A program made the position numbers and the translations under genes. This document shows, piece by piece, positions 50,715-60,857 of a stretch of 64,000 bases of DNA. The notes beneath the pieces were generated by a model that saw only the letters and a program-made list of their open reading frames with translations, was not told where the DNA came from and made no database searches. The stretch spans positions 53,627 through 117,626 of the forward strand of contig CAZRJH010000002.1 of assembly GCA_964600575.1 (NCBI GenBank), in the 5' to 3' direction. The first letter of the stretch is position 1. Every line of letters starts with the position of its first letter. Source of the stretch: an uncultured Gammaproteobacteria bacterium. Lineage in GTDB: Bacteria; Patescibacteriota; Microgenomatia; UBA8517.

Positions 50715-52946
50715 TTGAAAACAACGCAACAAAATGCCAAAATGGAATCTATGAAGAGTGATCTTAAAAAAGCAATATTCGCTTTTATTGGAATAGCTCT
50801 TTTGGCTGCGGGAACGATATTTGGAGTTATAGCTACCCAAAATAAAGTAATTTTCACTCAAAAGGCCGCGCCCACAACTGCCGAGAGAATCGCAGAGATT
50901 GCCAAAAGCCTTGGTGAAAATCAAATCCAATATACGGAATCTTATTCATCTACAAACTTAGGTTATAGCTTAAATTTTAATAAAAATTATTGGAGCGCAG
51001 CCAAAGGAACAGACTTGGGAAATAGAGATCTTAAAAATTTAAGTTTCAATATGAACTCAGGAACAGGACTCGCCAAAGTTGACTTCCAAACCTTTGGAAG
51101 CGATGACTTGGCAAAAAAGATTACTTTGGGTAAAACAAAAGTTTCAGCCAATGCAGACAATCTTGATGCTTTAGCCTCGGGCATTGCAATGTCTAATCCC
51201 CCCACATCCAAACTGAGAATACGAAGAAACGGTAAAGATTATTACAAATTTACATACAACACCACATTTTTAAACCAAAGAATCACCTACTATACATATG
51301 TAACGATAAACGGAGCCAGTTACTATTCTTTTACAGCAAAATATCCTAGTTTTGGAGAAGGGTCTGCAATGGCCGAAAACTTTATAGATTCTTTTACATT
51401 TTTACCGGACAAAGCCGATGTAAAAGGTGCAAGCGCCACAGCTTTCCCCACATCCGCTTTGGATGAGTCAAAGATAGTTGAGTTGACAAAACCCTCTGTT
51501 GTAGAAATTGCTCACATTTACTGCAACAACATTAATATCAGCGACACCAGCGGACTTCGCTTTTTGAAACCAGCTTATAAATACTGCGATGGGGCACTCG
51601 GTAGCGGATTTGTAATCAACAAAGACGGTTTTATAGGTACCAACGGACATGTAGCCGTTCAATACCCGGATGCCTCACTTGTCCAAGGGCTTTTAGATCA
51701 AAACCCTTTAAGTGAAAGTTTCTTCATAGATCTTGTTAGGGAGCTTGTTCTTTTACAAAACGGTCAAGAAATTTCGGAAGATCAAGCTAAAGTCCTTCTC
51801 ACCCAGGCTTCAAGCGACCCAACATACTTTGAAGCGTTTGTGACTTTGGTTTATAAAATGATTCAGCAAAAAGTTATGGCAGTAAGTGTTGGTTCAGAAA
51901 AACACTTTGTAAAACTGGCAAACGACCCCATTGTTATAGACGGATCAAAAGCAAAGACCGATTTTATGTCGGTGATAACACCAAGTGAAACTGTTAAAGA
52001 AGCCAAACTCATTTCGTTTAACTATCCTAATCAATTATCAATGGAAACAGTACTTAACAACAAGAAAGAAACGGGGTCTGATGTCGCAATTATAAAAATC
52101 ACAGACCCTGGCAAGCTTGTTTTTCCCTCCGTTACCTTGGGAACTTCTGAAGGTTTAAAGGAAGGCTCGGAAGTAATTGTAATAGGCTATCCGGGACTCG
52201 TTTCCGGTAATTCATCGGATTCTTTGGTTAATAAAAAATCTTCCGCCACACCAACTGTTACCAAAGGAGTAATTTCTGCAATCAAAAACGATCAAGGGGG
52301 ATTAAAACTAATTCAAGTTGATGCATCAATTGATCATGGTAATAGCGGCGGTCCGGCATTTGACAACAAAGGTAACGTAATCGGTATTGCAACATATGGC
52401 ATTGGTAGTCAGAGCGGAAACTACAACTTTTTAAGAGATATCGAAGATCTTAAAAAACTTGCTACAGACAACTCTGTTGCAACGGACCCTTCTCCAACAT
52501 ACATAGCTTGGGCCGAAGGATTGGGATATTTTTGGAGAGAGCACTATAAACAAGCGGTGGCGCCATTTGACAAGGTTGAGGCAAGTTACCCGATTCACCC
52601 GCTTGCAGCAAATTATGTAACAGACTCCCAAGAGGCAATTAAAAAAGGTCAGGATAAAAGTGATTTTACTTTTCTTCTTACCCACGACAGCCGAACTCAA
52701 ATAATATTTGTGGGGTCGATATTTGGAGTTGTCGGGTTGGGGTTTGCTGTATTCACCATTATCAAAAAGCGAAAGGCATCAACATCAACACCCACCACGG
52801 TTAATCAAAATCAGCAGCAAATACAAACTGAACAAACACCGGCCCCTACTATGCAAACACAGGCGGTTTCGCAACAACCGATAGCGCCCACACAACCTGT
52901 TTATAATCCACCTGTAGAAAAGGCTCCGTACAAAAATACGGTTTAG
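50715..52946 (+). CDS. Membrane-anchored trypsin-like (S1/HtrA-type) serine protease with a large N-terminal ectodomain and a C-terminal TM helix plus Q/P/T-rich tail
   Basis: Catalytic triad context: GTNGHV (His), DVAIIKI (Asp), GNSGGPAF (Ser). TM helices near aa 20-40 and 665-690. Confidence 0.7.
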   Translation: MKTTQQNAKMESMKSDLKKAIFAFIGIALLAAGTIFGVIATQNKVIFTQKAAPTTAERIAEIAKSLGENQIQYTESYSSTNLGYSLNFNKNYWSAAKGTDLGNRDLKNLSFNMNSGTGLAKVDFQTFGSDDLAKKITLGKTKVSANADNLDALASGIAMSNPPTSKLRIRRNGKDYYKFTYNTTFLNQRITYYTYVTINGASYYSFTAKYPSFGEGSAMAENFIDSFTFLPDKADVKGASATAFPTSALDESKIVELTKPSVVEIAHIYCNNINISDTSGLRFLKPAYKYCDGALGSGFVINKDGFIGTNGHVAVQYPDASLVQGLLDQNPLSESFFIDLVRELVLLQNGQEISEDQAKVLLTQASSDPTYFEAFVTLVYKMIQQKVMAVSVGSEKHFVKLANDPIVIDGSKAKTDFMSVITPSETVKEAKLISFNYPNQLSMETVLNNKKETGSDVAIIKITDPGKLVFPSVTLGTSEGLKEGSEVIVIGYPGLVSGNSSDSLVNKKSSATPTVTKGVISAIKNDQGGLKLIQVDASIDHGNSGGPAFDNKGNVIGIATYGIGSQSGNYNFLRDIEDLKKLATDNSVATDPSPTYIAWAEGLGYFWREHYKQAVAPFDKVEASYPIHPLAANYVTDSQEAIKKGQDKSDFTFLLTHDSRTQIIFVGSIFGVVGLGFAVFTIIKKRKASTSTPTTVNQNQQQIQTEQTPAPTMQTQAVSQQPIAPTQPVYNPPVEKAPYKNTV

Positions 52947-52947
52947 T

Positions 52948-53823
52948 TTAAAGCCCTGAAGCCTCAAGATCTTCTATTAACTTTTTCTGATTTCTGTCCA
53001 ATTTCTCCGGAACCATAACATTGATTTTTATATACTGATCACCCTTTCCTCTTCCTTGCAAACGAGGTACACCATGTTCCCGAAGCCTCATGGTTGTTCC
53101 GGACTGAGTTCCTGCTCTCACTCTTATTTTTACATCACCATCAATTGTAGGAACTTTAATTTCTCCGCCAAGCACGGCCAAACTAAAAGGAACTGCAACC
53201 GCCACATAGACATCGTCATTCTGCCTTTCGAAGACATCGCTTGGTTTGACACTAACCGACAAGTTAAAGTCTCCAAAGTTTATTCTTGCGCCGTCGTATA
53301 TACCCGCAGGAATTTTTATCTTCCTTTTTTTGCCGTTTATTGAAACTTCTTTACTAACACCTTTGGCAGCTTCCATAAAATCTATTGTTATGGAATATCT
53401 AGGAACCTGACGTGCTCTTCCGCCAAACGGGCTTGCCCCCCCAAAAAAACTTTCGAAAATATCAAATGGATCACCAAATCCCCCTTCACCAAAAGGGTTT
53501 GCCCCACCTTGTGAATATGTGTAGGTGAACGGACCATACTGTCCGCCATTAGCTCCTCCAAAAGGATTTCCCCCTCTAAAACCTCCTCCGGGGGAGAAGG
53601 CATCGCTACCATATTGGTCGTAAGCTTGTTTCTTTTGGGGGTCCGACAAGACCTGATAAGCCTCGTTGATTTCTTTAAACTTTTTTTCTGCAGGAGCTTT
53701 GTTGTCTTTGTGCCTGTCCGGATGCCATTCCAAAGCCTGTTTTCTGTAAGCTTTTTTAATCTCATCTGCAGATGCGGTTTTATCCACACCCAAAGTTTTA
53801 TAGTAATCGGTGTTAGCAGCCAT
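52948..53823 (-). CDS. dnaJ: DnaJ/CbpA-type J-domain co-chaperone (no Cys-rich zinc-finger region)
   Basis: J-domain with the HPD motif ([14 protein letters not shown]), a G/F-rich region and a C-terminal substrate-binding domain. Confidence 0.8.
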   Translation of the reverse strand: MAANTDYYKTLGVDKTASADEIKKAYRKQALEWHPDRHKDNKAPAEKKFKEINEAYQVLSDPQKKQAYDQYGSDAFSPGGGFRGGNPFGGANGGQYGPFTYTYSQGGANPFGEGGFGDPFDIFESFFGGASPFGGRARQVPRYSITIDFMEAAKGVSKEVSINGKKRKIKIPAGIYDGARINFGDFNLSVSVKPSDVFERQNDDVYVAVAVPFSLAVLGGEIKVPTIDGDVKIRVRAGTQSGTTMRLREHGVPRLQGRGKGDQYIKINVMVPEKLDRNQKKLIEDLEASGL

Positions 53824-53830
53824 ATATTTA

Positions 53831-53867
53831 TAGTGCTAATTATAGTATAAAAAATCTATTCTTTGAA
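53831..53867 (-). promoter_or_regulatory. Putative dnaJ promoter (TTCAAA-17-TATAAT) overlapping a CIRCE-like half-site TTAGCACTA
   Basis: On the minus strand, -35 at plus 53862-53867 and -10 at plus 53839-53844. TTAGCACTA (plus 53831-53839) matches 8/9 of the CIRCE left arm, and the right arm GGCAGCTAA overlaps the dnaJ start codon. Confidence 0.3.
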
Positions 53868-53868
53868 G

Positions 53869-54153
53869 TTAGTTGCTTCTAATTTCCTTGGGCACAATGC
53901 TTGTCTTTTCGACAGCCTCTACAAGTCTATTGAATTTATTAAAAGCAGCTCTTGCTCCTACGACAGTGTCCAAAAGCTCCTCGACCAGCGCATTCTCATC
54001 CTCCGTGGTCATGTCTAAACCTTCTGTAATAGAGTCGTATTCTTCGTAGAACATATCCAAGGAAGTTTTTTCTTCCGGAGTAAGTTTATCTTCCGCAAAT
54101 TGATGGAAAATCATCTCGCGTCCTAAAGATTGCCAAAATTTTTCTTCGTTCAT
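53869..54153 (-). CDS. Hypothetical protein (94 aa)
   Basis: Intact acidic helical ORF between dnaK and dnaJ. Confidence 0.35.
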   Translation of the reverse strand: MNEEKFWQSLGREMIFHQFAEDKLTPEEKTSLDMFYEEYDSITEGLDMTTEDENALVEELLDTVVGARAAFNKFNRLVEAVEKTSIVPKEIRSN

Positions 54154-54155
54154 TG

Positions 54156-54419
54156 TTAAGATTGTGGTCTATTTAAAAGTCTGGCTAAATTAAAATCCGT
54201 CAATTGATCTAGAAGCTGATATGCTTCGTAAGCTCCCTCTACCTGTTCCATCGTCTGGTAATAAACACTTTCACCTTCTCTGGAGTGAGGCTCAACATCA
54301 CCTAGTGTATCAAGATAAATTTCCTGGTGCCTTTCTATTAAAAATCTTTGATGCTCGGTAAGAGTTAACTCGGCGGCACTTACTGCTATAACCATATCTT
54401 CCGCCAAGAATTCTTTCAT
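54156..54419 (-). CDS. Hypothetical protein (87 aa)
   Basis: Intact ORF, acidic and helical. Confidence 0.35.
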   Translation of the reverse strand: MKEFLAEDMVIAVSAAELTLTEHQRFLIERHQEIYLDTLGDVEPHSREGESVYYQTMEQVEGAYEAYQLLDQLTDFNLARLLNRPQS

Positions 54420-54468
54420 AGGGGTATTCTATCACTTCGGATACTTTCTAAAATGTCGATGGTATAAT

Positions 54469-54816
54469 TTGAGTATGGAACCGGAAGAACTAAGTGAAGT
54501 TCTAAAAGCCTCCAAGGGGTCTTTTAAAACCCAAAAGATGACACTTCAAAAGTCTGTTGATATGGGAGAATACAACCCGGACTACTTGTCCACTTTTCCG
54601 GAATGGCATGAGCTTAGTAAACATATTCAATTTCAGTTCATTCAAAATGCCATGGAAAACAGGAGGCACCAACTTCTTTCCCAATACGCATCAATTAGTA
54701 ATGTCCTCGACTTTAGACTTAAACCCGAACTTAAACAGACTTTGGAAAACATTCACAAGCAGCTTAAAAAAATTGATGACGACTTCGAAGAAATCTCTAT
54801 GGAGTATTTTAAATAA
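54469..54816 (+). CDS. Hypothetical protein (115 aa)
   Basis: Plus-strand ORF convergent on dnaK, with a 2-nt gap between their stop codons. Confidence 0.35.
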   Translation: MSMEPEELSEVLKASKGSFKTQKMTLQKSVDMGEYNPDYLSTFPEWHELSKHIQFQFIQNAMENRRHQLLSQYASISNVLDFRLKPELKQTLENIHKQLKKIDDDFEEISMEYFK

Positions 54817-54818
54817 AA

Positions 54819-56732
54819 TTAGCTAACAACCTCGCCCTCTTCTACTTTCTCGTTCTTTTTGTCACCATCTTCACTTGAAGCGTCCTCTTTAGATTCACCA
54901 GATGATTCCTGTCCCCCCTGCGATGAATCTTTAGAACCATACATAGCCTGGCCAACTTGGCTTAGGGTGTCACTTAAATCTTTTGTGACCTCTTCTATTT
55001 GTTCTTTAGTTGAGTCTTCCTTTGCGGAGATTTCTTTAACATTTTTAAGTTTTTCTTCTACTTTTTCTTTGACATCGGCCGGAACTTTGTCTCCTGCATC
55101 TTTTAGGGCCTTTTCTGCTGTTGCAACCATTCCGTCCGCACTATTTTTTGCTTTAATGATGTCCGCTTTCTTTTCGTCCTCTTCTTTGTGCTTCTCCGCT
55201 TCTTCCTGCATTCTTTTAATCTCGTCATCGGACAATCCCACAGCACCTGTAATCTTTATGTTCTGGGTTTTGTTGGTAGCTTTATCTTTTGCCGTAACTG
55301 TTAGTATTCCGCTTGCGTCCATATCAAAAATAACTTCTACTTGTGGAACTCCTCTGGGGGAAGGCGGAATACCATCTAGAATAAAGGTTCCCAATGTTTT
55401 ATTGTCGGCACTCATCGGGCGCTCACCTTGAGTAACAACGATCTGTACTTGCGTTTGATTGTCTGCAGCCGTTGAAAAGACCTCTGTTTTGCTTGTTGGA
55501 ACAGTTGTGTTTCTGGGAATCATTGGAGTTGCAACGCCACCCAAAGTTTCGATTGCTAAAGTTAGAGGAGTAACATCGAGTAAAAGTATATCTTTAACTT
55601 CGCCACCTAAAACTCCTCCTTGGATTGCCGCACCAACAGCTACTACTTCATCGGGGTTTACTGATTGGTTGGGATCCTTTCCAAAAAAGTTTTTTACTTT
55701 TTCTACGACTTTGGGCATACGGGTCATGCCTCCGACCATAACTACTTCATTAATATCGTGTGCATCAAGCTTGGCATCTTTAAGTGCGGCCTGGACAGGT
55801 TTGATTGTTTTTTCTATAAGCTCCTCAACCAGACTCTCCATTTTGGCGCGCGTAAGCTTCATCGTTAAATGAAGAGGTTGTCCGTCTTTTTGTGTAATAT
55901 ACGGTTGGTTAACTTCTACTTCGTTTGCTGCAGAAAGTTCGATCTTTGCCTTTTCTGCCGCATCTCTAACTCTTTGGTACGCTTGTGTATCGGCCTTAAG
56001 ATCCACACCATTTTCTTTTTTGAACTCGGAAACTATATAGTCAACAATTTTGGCATCAAAATCATCTCCACCTAGATGCGTATCTCCGTTTGTAGATTTG
56101 ACTTCAATAACACCGTCGCCAATTTCTAAAATCGAGATATCAAAAGTTCCTCCGCCAAGATCGTAAACCGCAATTTTTTCTGCATTCTTTTTATCTAAAC
56201 CATAAGCTAAAGCAGCTGCAGTTGGCTCGTTGATGATTCTTTCTACTTTTAGCCCTGCAATTTCTCCTGCTTGTTTTGTTGCCTGACGCTGCGCATCATC
56301 AAAATATGCAGGAACTGTAATAACTGCCTGTGTTACCTCTTCTCCAAGATATTTTTCGGCATCTTTTTTGAGTTTCATAAGAACTCTGGCACCAATTTCT
56401 TGAGGAGTATAGGTTTTACCCTCTACATCGATATCCGCCATTCCGCCCTTGCCGCTTATTATTTTGTAAGGAACCATATCAACGGTTCTTTTGACTTCGC
56501 CATCGGTAAACCTGCGACCCATAAGACGTTTTGCAGAATAAACAGTGTTTTTGGCGTTTAGAATCATTTGTCTCTTGGCAACATCCCCAACCAGGTTTTT
56601 GACAGGTTCGACAATAGAAGGGGTGGTGTTTCGCCCTGTATCGCCTGCAGATATAACCACGGGTCTTCCGCCTTCCATAACAGCAAGGCAAGAATTTGTT
56701 GTTCCTAAATCTATTCCAATAATTTTTCCCAT
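54819..56732 (-). CDS. dnaK: Chaperone DnaK (Hsp70)
   Basis: 637 aa with [10 protein letters not shown] and DLGGGTFD motifs. Confidence 0.95.
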   Translation of the reverse strand: MGKIIGIDLGTTNSCLAVMEGGRPVVISAGDTGRNTTPSIVEPVKNLVGDVAKRQMILNAKNTVYSAKRLMGRRFTDGEVKRTVDMVPYKIISGKGGMADIDVEGKTYTPQEIGARVLMKLKKDAEKYLGEEVTQAVITVPAYFDDAQRQATKQAGEIAGLKVERIINEPTAAALAYGLDKKNAEKIAVYDLGGGTFDISILEIGDGVIEVKSTNGDTHLGGDDFDAKIVDYIVSEFKKENGVDLKADTQAYQRVRDAAEKAKIELSAANEVEVNQPYITQKDGQPLHLTMKLTRAKMESLVEELIEKTIKPVQAALKDAKLDAHDINEVVMVGGMTRMPKVVEKVKNFFGKDPNQSVNPDEVVAVGAAIQGGVLGGEVKDILLLDVTPLTLAIETLGGVATPMIPRNTTVPTSKTEVFSTAADNQTQVQIVVTQGERPMSADNKTLGTFILDGIPPSPRGVPQVEVIFDMDASGILTVTAKDKATNKTQNIKITGAVGLSDDEIKRMQEEAEKHKEEDEKKADIIKAKNSADGMVATAEKALKDAGDKVPADVKEKVEEKLKNVKEISAKEDSTKEQIEEVTKDLSDTLSQVGQAMYGSKDSSQGGQESSGESKEDASSEDGDKKNEKVEEGEVVS

Positions 56733-56740
56733 AATTTCTT

Positions 56741-57232
56741 TTAGTTGTTCATTTTAGACACTTTTACTTTGGCATGTCTAACAACCGTTCCGTCTTCGAA
56801 CTTCCACCCTTTCATGGCAACTTCCGAAACTTTAGCGGTACCCCCACTATTATCGCTCGACTCAGCTACCACTTCAATAACCTCCATATCGTTTTCGTCA
56901 AAGTCACTTCCTACACCGGGATTAATTTCTTTTAATCCTTCCTCCGTCATTACTCTTTTAAATTCTCCCAAGCTTATAGCCAAACCTTGATCATTTAAAT
57001 GGCTTTGAGCACTTTCCAGGCCATCATATACTGTCAAAAGTTTTAAAATAAGCCTCAAAGATACAACTTTTTCTACAGTTTGCCTGTCCCTTTCTACTCG
57101 TTTAACCAAGTTGTCGTAATCTGCAAGAGTTCTTGCAAGTTGCGACTTAAGTTCTAACAGTTGATTTTGCAAAAGACCGGATTCGTTATTTATCTCTACT
57201 TTGTCTTGTGCCGTTTTTTTTACTTTTGCCAT
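56741..57232 (-). CDS. grpE: Nucleotide exchange factor GrpE
   Basis: 163 aa with a coiled-coil N-terminus and the GrpE core, in the hrcA-grpE-dnaK context. Confidence 0.85.
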   Translation of the reverse strand: MAKVKKTAQDKVEINNESGLLQNQLLELKSQLARTLADYDNLVKRVERDRQTVEKVVSLRLILKLLTVYDGLESAQSHLNDQGLAISLGEFKRVMTEEGLKEINPGVGSDFDENDMEVIEVVAESSDNSGGTAKVSEVAMKGWKFEDGTVVRHAKVKVSKMNN

Positions 57233-57261
57233 CTTATTTTATTTTATATACAAAACTCTGT

Positions 57262-58014
57262 CTATTGATTTGCAACTTCTTGAATTAAGTTTCCAAAATA
57301 TCTAAGTACAGGAATGACCGATGCATAGTTTGCCCTAGCAGGACCGATAACTCCAAGCGCTCCCGGTCTGCCGCGAACAGTAAAATGTGTGGAAACAATA
57401 CCTGTCGGCGCTAGTCCTGGAATGCCAAGTTCTTCTCCAAACAAAACCTCCAGAGGGGATGCTGATTGGAATCCAAAAAAAAGCCTATCAAGTTTGTCCA
57501 TCTCGTTCATTATCGAAAACAGATCTTGGCAAGCCTGAATATCGGAAAATTCAGGATTTTGAAAAACATAACTGTGCCCTGCTTGCCAAAATCTTTCTTT
57601 TTTACCCCTTTGAGCGGAAGGGTCTTTTAGAGCAGCAACCGCAAGCGATCTTGTTCTCGACGCTAATGCCTTGGTTGCCTCGTCCATCAATTCGTCAACA
57701 TCGTCTCTGGAATCCCAAACTTCTTCTTTTGCCTTAACTTCGTCGACTAAGCTCATTTGTTTTTCTTCCATAAGTTGATTGATGTAGAATTTCATTGCAG
57801 AAGGGGAAGGAATTCTACCTGCCGAAGTGTGGGGTTGCCTAAGATATCCCGAACGGGTGAGAGCAACCATTTCGTTTCTGATTGTTGCAGGTGAGATCCC
57901 TAAATTATATTTTTTATCAAGCGCTTCACTACCGACAGGTTCTGCTGTTTCTATATATTCATCAATAATAGTTTTAAGAATTTGTGTTTGTCTGGAAGTT
58001 AGTCCGTCTGTCAT
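57262..58014 (-). CDS. hrcA: Heat-inducible transcription repressor HrcA (short form)
   Basis: N-terminal winged-helix LTSRQTQILKTIIDEYIETAEPVGSEAL. The track ORF starts at a TTG at 58053 inside the operator, so the ATG at 58012-58014 is the likelier start. Confidence 0.8.
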   Translation of the reverse strand: MTDGLTSRQTQILKTIIDEYIETAEPVGSEALDKKYNLGISPATIRNEMVALTRSGYLRQPHTSAGRIPSPSAMKFYINQLMEEKQMSLVDEVKAKEEVWDSRDDVDELMDEATKALASRTRSLAVAALKDPSAQRGKKERFWQAGHSYVFQNPEFSDIQACQDLFSIMNEMDKLDRLFFGFQSASPLEVLFGEELGIPGLAPTGIVSTHFTVRGRPGALGVIGPARANYASVIPVLRYFGNLIQEVANQ

Positions 58015-58016
58015 AC

Positions 58017-58043
58017 TTAGCAGTATATTAAAGCGAGTGCTAA
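58017..58043 (-). promoter_or_regulatory. CIRCE operator (HrcA-binding inverted repeat), with a TTGACA -35 box at 58048-58053
   Basis: On the minus strand, TTGACA-accg-TTAGCACTC-gctttaata-TACTGCTAA-gt-ATG. The left arm is a perfect TTAGCACTC, the spacer is 9 nt, and the right arm matches GAGTGCTAA at 7/9. Confidence 0.75.
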
Positions 58044-58079
58044 CGGTTGTCAAGTACTTATTTTAAGGCTAAAAATAGG

Positions 58080-59804
58080 CTATTGCTCTTGGGTATCACC
58101 CGTTAGCGGACTGACAGGTTCTTCTTCTTTTGGCATTCCGGGCAAAATTCTCTGAACTAGGAATTTTTTGACAAGATTTAGAAAATATTTGGTTTCTTCC
58201 ACTCTTAGAAGCAAGGATGTTCCTATATAAACCAATGCCCCCGCCACAAAAGTTAGAAGTGTTAGAACCGTCAAATTAACCGTATACCGTGTATCTAGAA
58301 CAAATCTTTCAAAAGGAAATGTTGAGGTTACATCTATTCCGCTCAAAAAAGAAAGTCGTTTGATCCAAACCGACTTATCAAAAATCCTAATCAAGAAGTA
58401 CATCACCCCTCCGGATATTAAAGCACTCGACATTATTTTAGCTAAATGCAAAAAGAAACTTCTGGTTAGGATAAGGCCAATTCTTTTATTAATTAAAACT
58501 AAAAGTATTATTGATTCGACTATCGTACTAAAAGAAAAGGCTGCCGCAAGCCCCCAAACGGGTAGTCCTATACCTTTTATTAAGAAGATATCCCCGACGA
58601 TCAAAAGCCCCAATCCTAAAAATGATATTTTAACCGGTGTTTTTGTGTCGTGGAGGGCAAAAAAAGCTCTTGCCAAAATTGACATTAGAGTTTGAGAAGC
58701 AACCCCCATTGCGTACACAGAAAGCACCACGCCCGTTTGAACTGTTGCTTCCCAGTCAAAAATTTTCGTTCCGTAAACCAACCTAACAATTGGAATCCTT
58801 AAAGTGATTAAGGCAGCGCTGATTGGGAGCGTAAAAAAAAGTGCTTGGTAAATGGCAGTTGTCAAAACTCTCCTAAACTCTTTTGTATCGCCGTCCACTC
58901 TGGACAAAAGAGGTAAAACCGCCTTGGCCAGAGAGGTTCCAAAAAGTGTAACCGGTAAAAGTTGGAGAGTGTTTGCAAATATATAATAGGTGTAAGAAGC
59001 CTGAGAAATTATTGAAGATAAGAAAAGTTCAGTAGTCTTACCAATCTGATCAAAGGCTAAATCGATAACTCTAGGGAGGGCAAGCTGAGAAACTTTTACC
59101 ACCCCTTCGTCCTTTTTAAAGTCCCAAACAAAGCGGAATCCAAGTTTCCTCGACAAAGGGTATTGAATCAAAAAGTGGGCAAGGGCTCCTATAACTACAC
59201 CGATAGCAGGGGCTTCGAGTCCAAAATATGGCTTTAGAAAAACAGTACCTAAAATTATTCCCAAATTGTAAAAGAGAGGAGCCAACGCAGGTACCAGAAA
59301 ACGCCTTAAAGACTCCAAAACACCGGTAAGAACATAGCTTATTACAAAAAACCCTTGTGCGGCGAAAAGAATCCTGGCCAAAATCGATATTTGCGAAATC
59401 TCAGAACTGTCAAAACCGGGAGCTATAAAAGTATAAATTTGTGGAGCCCATATTCCCAAAATCGTAGCCAATACTAAAAACAGCGAAAGCCCTATTGTTA
59501 CAACTCTACCTGCAATCTCCCAGGCACGTCTGGGTCCATCTTTTAGGGCTTTTGTGAAAACAGGAATGAATGCGCTGGAAAAAGTACCAAAAACCAAGAC
59601 TTCAAAGATAGTATCCGGCAATCTAAATGCGGCAAAAAACAGCGATAAATCTTCAGGAGTAAAAAAATTAGCCAAAACTCTCTGTCTAACAAGGCCCAAA
59701 AGGCGCGAGGCGACTATCATAATCATTATCAAGGAGGCGGCAGAAAGAACATTATTCTGCTGGGAGTTCAGAATTTTTTTTCCTTTAGCAATGAGGTCGT
59801 TCAT
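58080..59804 (-). CDS. murJ: Lipid II flippase MurJ/MviN
   Basis: 574 aa polytopic membrane protein of the MurJ family (…RLLGLVRQRVLANFF…). Confidence 0.8.
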   Translation of the reverse strand: MNDLIAKGKKILNSQQNNVLSAASLIMIMIVASRLLGLVRQRVLANFFTPEDLSLFFAAFRLPDTIFEVLVFGTFSSAFIPVFTKALKDGPRRAWEIAGRVVTIGLSLFLVLATILGIWAPQIYTFIAPGFDSSEISQISILARILFAAQGFFVISYVLTGVLESLRRFLVPALAPLFYNLGIILGTVFLKPYFGLEAPAIGVVIGALAHFLIQYPLSRKLGFRFVWDFKKDEGVVKVSQLALPRVIDLAFDQIGKTTELFLSSIISQASYTYYIFANTLQLLPVTLFGTSLAKAVLPLLSRVDGDTKEFRRVLTTAIYQALFFTLPISAALITLRIPIVRLVYGTKIFDWEATVQTGVVLSVYAMGVASQTLMSILARAFFALHDTKTPVKISFLGLGLLIVGDIFLIKGIGLPVWGLAAAFSFSTIVESIILLVLINKRIGLILTRSFFLHLAKIMSSALISGGVMYFLIRIFDKSVWIKRLSFLSGIDVTSTFPFERFVLDTRYTVNLTVLTLLTFVAGALVYIGTSLLLRVEETKYFLNLVKKFLVQRILPGMPKEEEPVSPLTGDTQEQ

Positions 59805-59854
59805 TTATTGTAAACTATAGTATTTTAATATCAGGCCTTTTCCCTGTTCCAGCA

Positions 59855-59883
59855 TTGATATTTTAGCTTCTTTAGCTTATACT
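59855..59883 (+). promoter_or_regulatory. Putative sigma70-type promoter for rpsT (TTGATA-17-TATACT)
   Basis: -35 TTGATA at 59855-59860 and -10 TATACT at 59878-59883 with an exact 17-nt spacer, 18 nt upstream of the rpsT ATG. Confidence 0.4.
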
Positions 59884-59900
59884 CACAATCGTAAAATAAT

Positions 59901-60197
59901 ATGCCGGTAACAAAAACAGCCAGAAGAGCCTTAAGGGGTTCTAAAAATAAAGCGTCAGTAAACAAAGCAATAATCAACAGACTTGAGGTGGCTATTCGCA
60001 TGGCTAAAACCTCAAAGACCGTTCAAAAGGTTGTTGCTGCAGTTTCGTTGGCAGACAGAGCGGCAAAAAAGAGAGTAATTCATAAAAATAAAGCCTCCAG
60101 AATTAAGTCACAACTCTCAAAAATAGTTGACGGCAAAAAAACAGAAAAGTCTGTAGCTAAAACTTCTTCAAAAACCAAAGCAAAAAAAGCAAAATAA
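59901..60197 (+). CDS. rpsT: 30S ribosomal protein S20
   Basis: 98 aa, S20 (MPVTKTARRALRGSKNKASVNKA…) with a Lys-rich tail. Confidence 0.85.
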   Translation: MPVTKTARRALRGSKNKASVNKAIINRLEVAIRMAKTSKTVQKVVAAVSLADRAAKKRVIHKNKASRIKSQLSKIVDGKKTEKSVAKTSSKTKAKKAK

Positions 60198-60319
60198 ATC
60201 TTCTTTTTTAGACAGTTAATATCATTTCACCTCGACATTTCATATGCTATATTGAAGTGTGAGTTATTGTATTCAGACTCAAGCTAAGTGTTTTGAGTCT
60301 AGGTTACGTTTAAATAAAT

Positions 60320-60853
60320 ATGCCCAAAAGTAAACAAATAAATCTTATCCCTACAGAGGAATTCGAGTCTTCAATAGTAGGGCGTGTTCTCAAATGGGCA
60401 ATGTCCACTTTTAGAATAATAGTTATTATTACCGAGATGGTTGTTATGGGAGCATTCTTATCCAGATTTTGGTTAGACGCACAAAATTCCGATCTTTCAG
60501 AAACAGTAAAAATCAGAACTGCACAGATTGAATCACAAAAAGATACGGAAGATACATTCCGAGATATACAAAACAAATTAAATGTTTTTAAAACTATAGC
60601 TACAGCTCCCAAACCTACTTCTAAAATCGAACTCATATCGTCCCAGGTGCCGCAAGATGTATTTCTTACAAACGTATCTATTTTGGACGACACAGCGTCT
60701 ATTAAAGGGAAGTCAAATTCGGAGGTAGGAATCGCACAATTTATAGCAAATCTTAAAACTGAAAAGACATTCAAAAAGGTGGGCTTAGGATCGGTAAACT
60801 CGGCTGAAGATAACGCGAATATTACGGTTTTTAATATAAAAATATCATTCTAA
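60320..60853 (+). CDS. pilN: PilN-like type IV pilus assembly protein
   Basis: An N-terminal INLIP motif, then a TM helix and a periplasmic coiled-coil domain. Confidence 0.5.
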   Translation: MPKSKQINLIPTEEFESSIVGRVLKWAMSTFRIIVIITEMVVMGAFLSRFWLDAQNSDLSETVKIRTAQIESQKDTEDTFRDIQNKLNVFKTIATAPKPTSKIELISSQVPQDVFLTNVSILDDTASIKGKSNSEVGIAQFIANLKTEKTFKKVGLGSVNSAEDNANITVFNIKISF

Positions 60854-60857
60854 CAAT

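Noticed and set aside
60198-60319. 7-bp hairpin GACTCAA/TTGAGTC between rpsT and the pilN-like gene
   Set aside because: The loop is long, no U-tract follows, and there is insufficient support for a terminator call.
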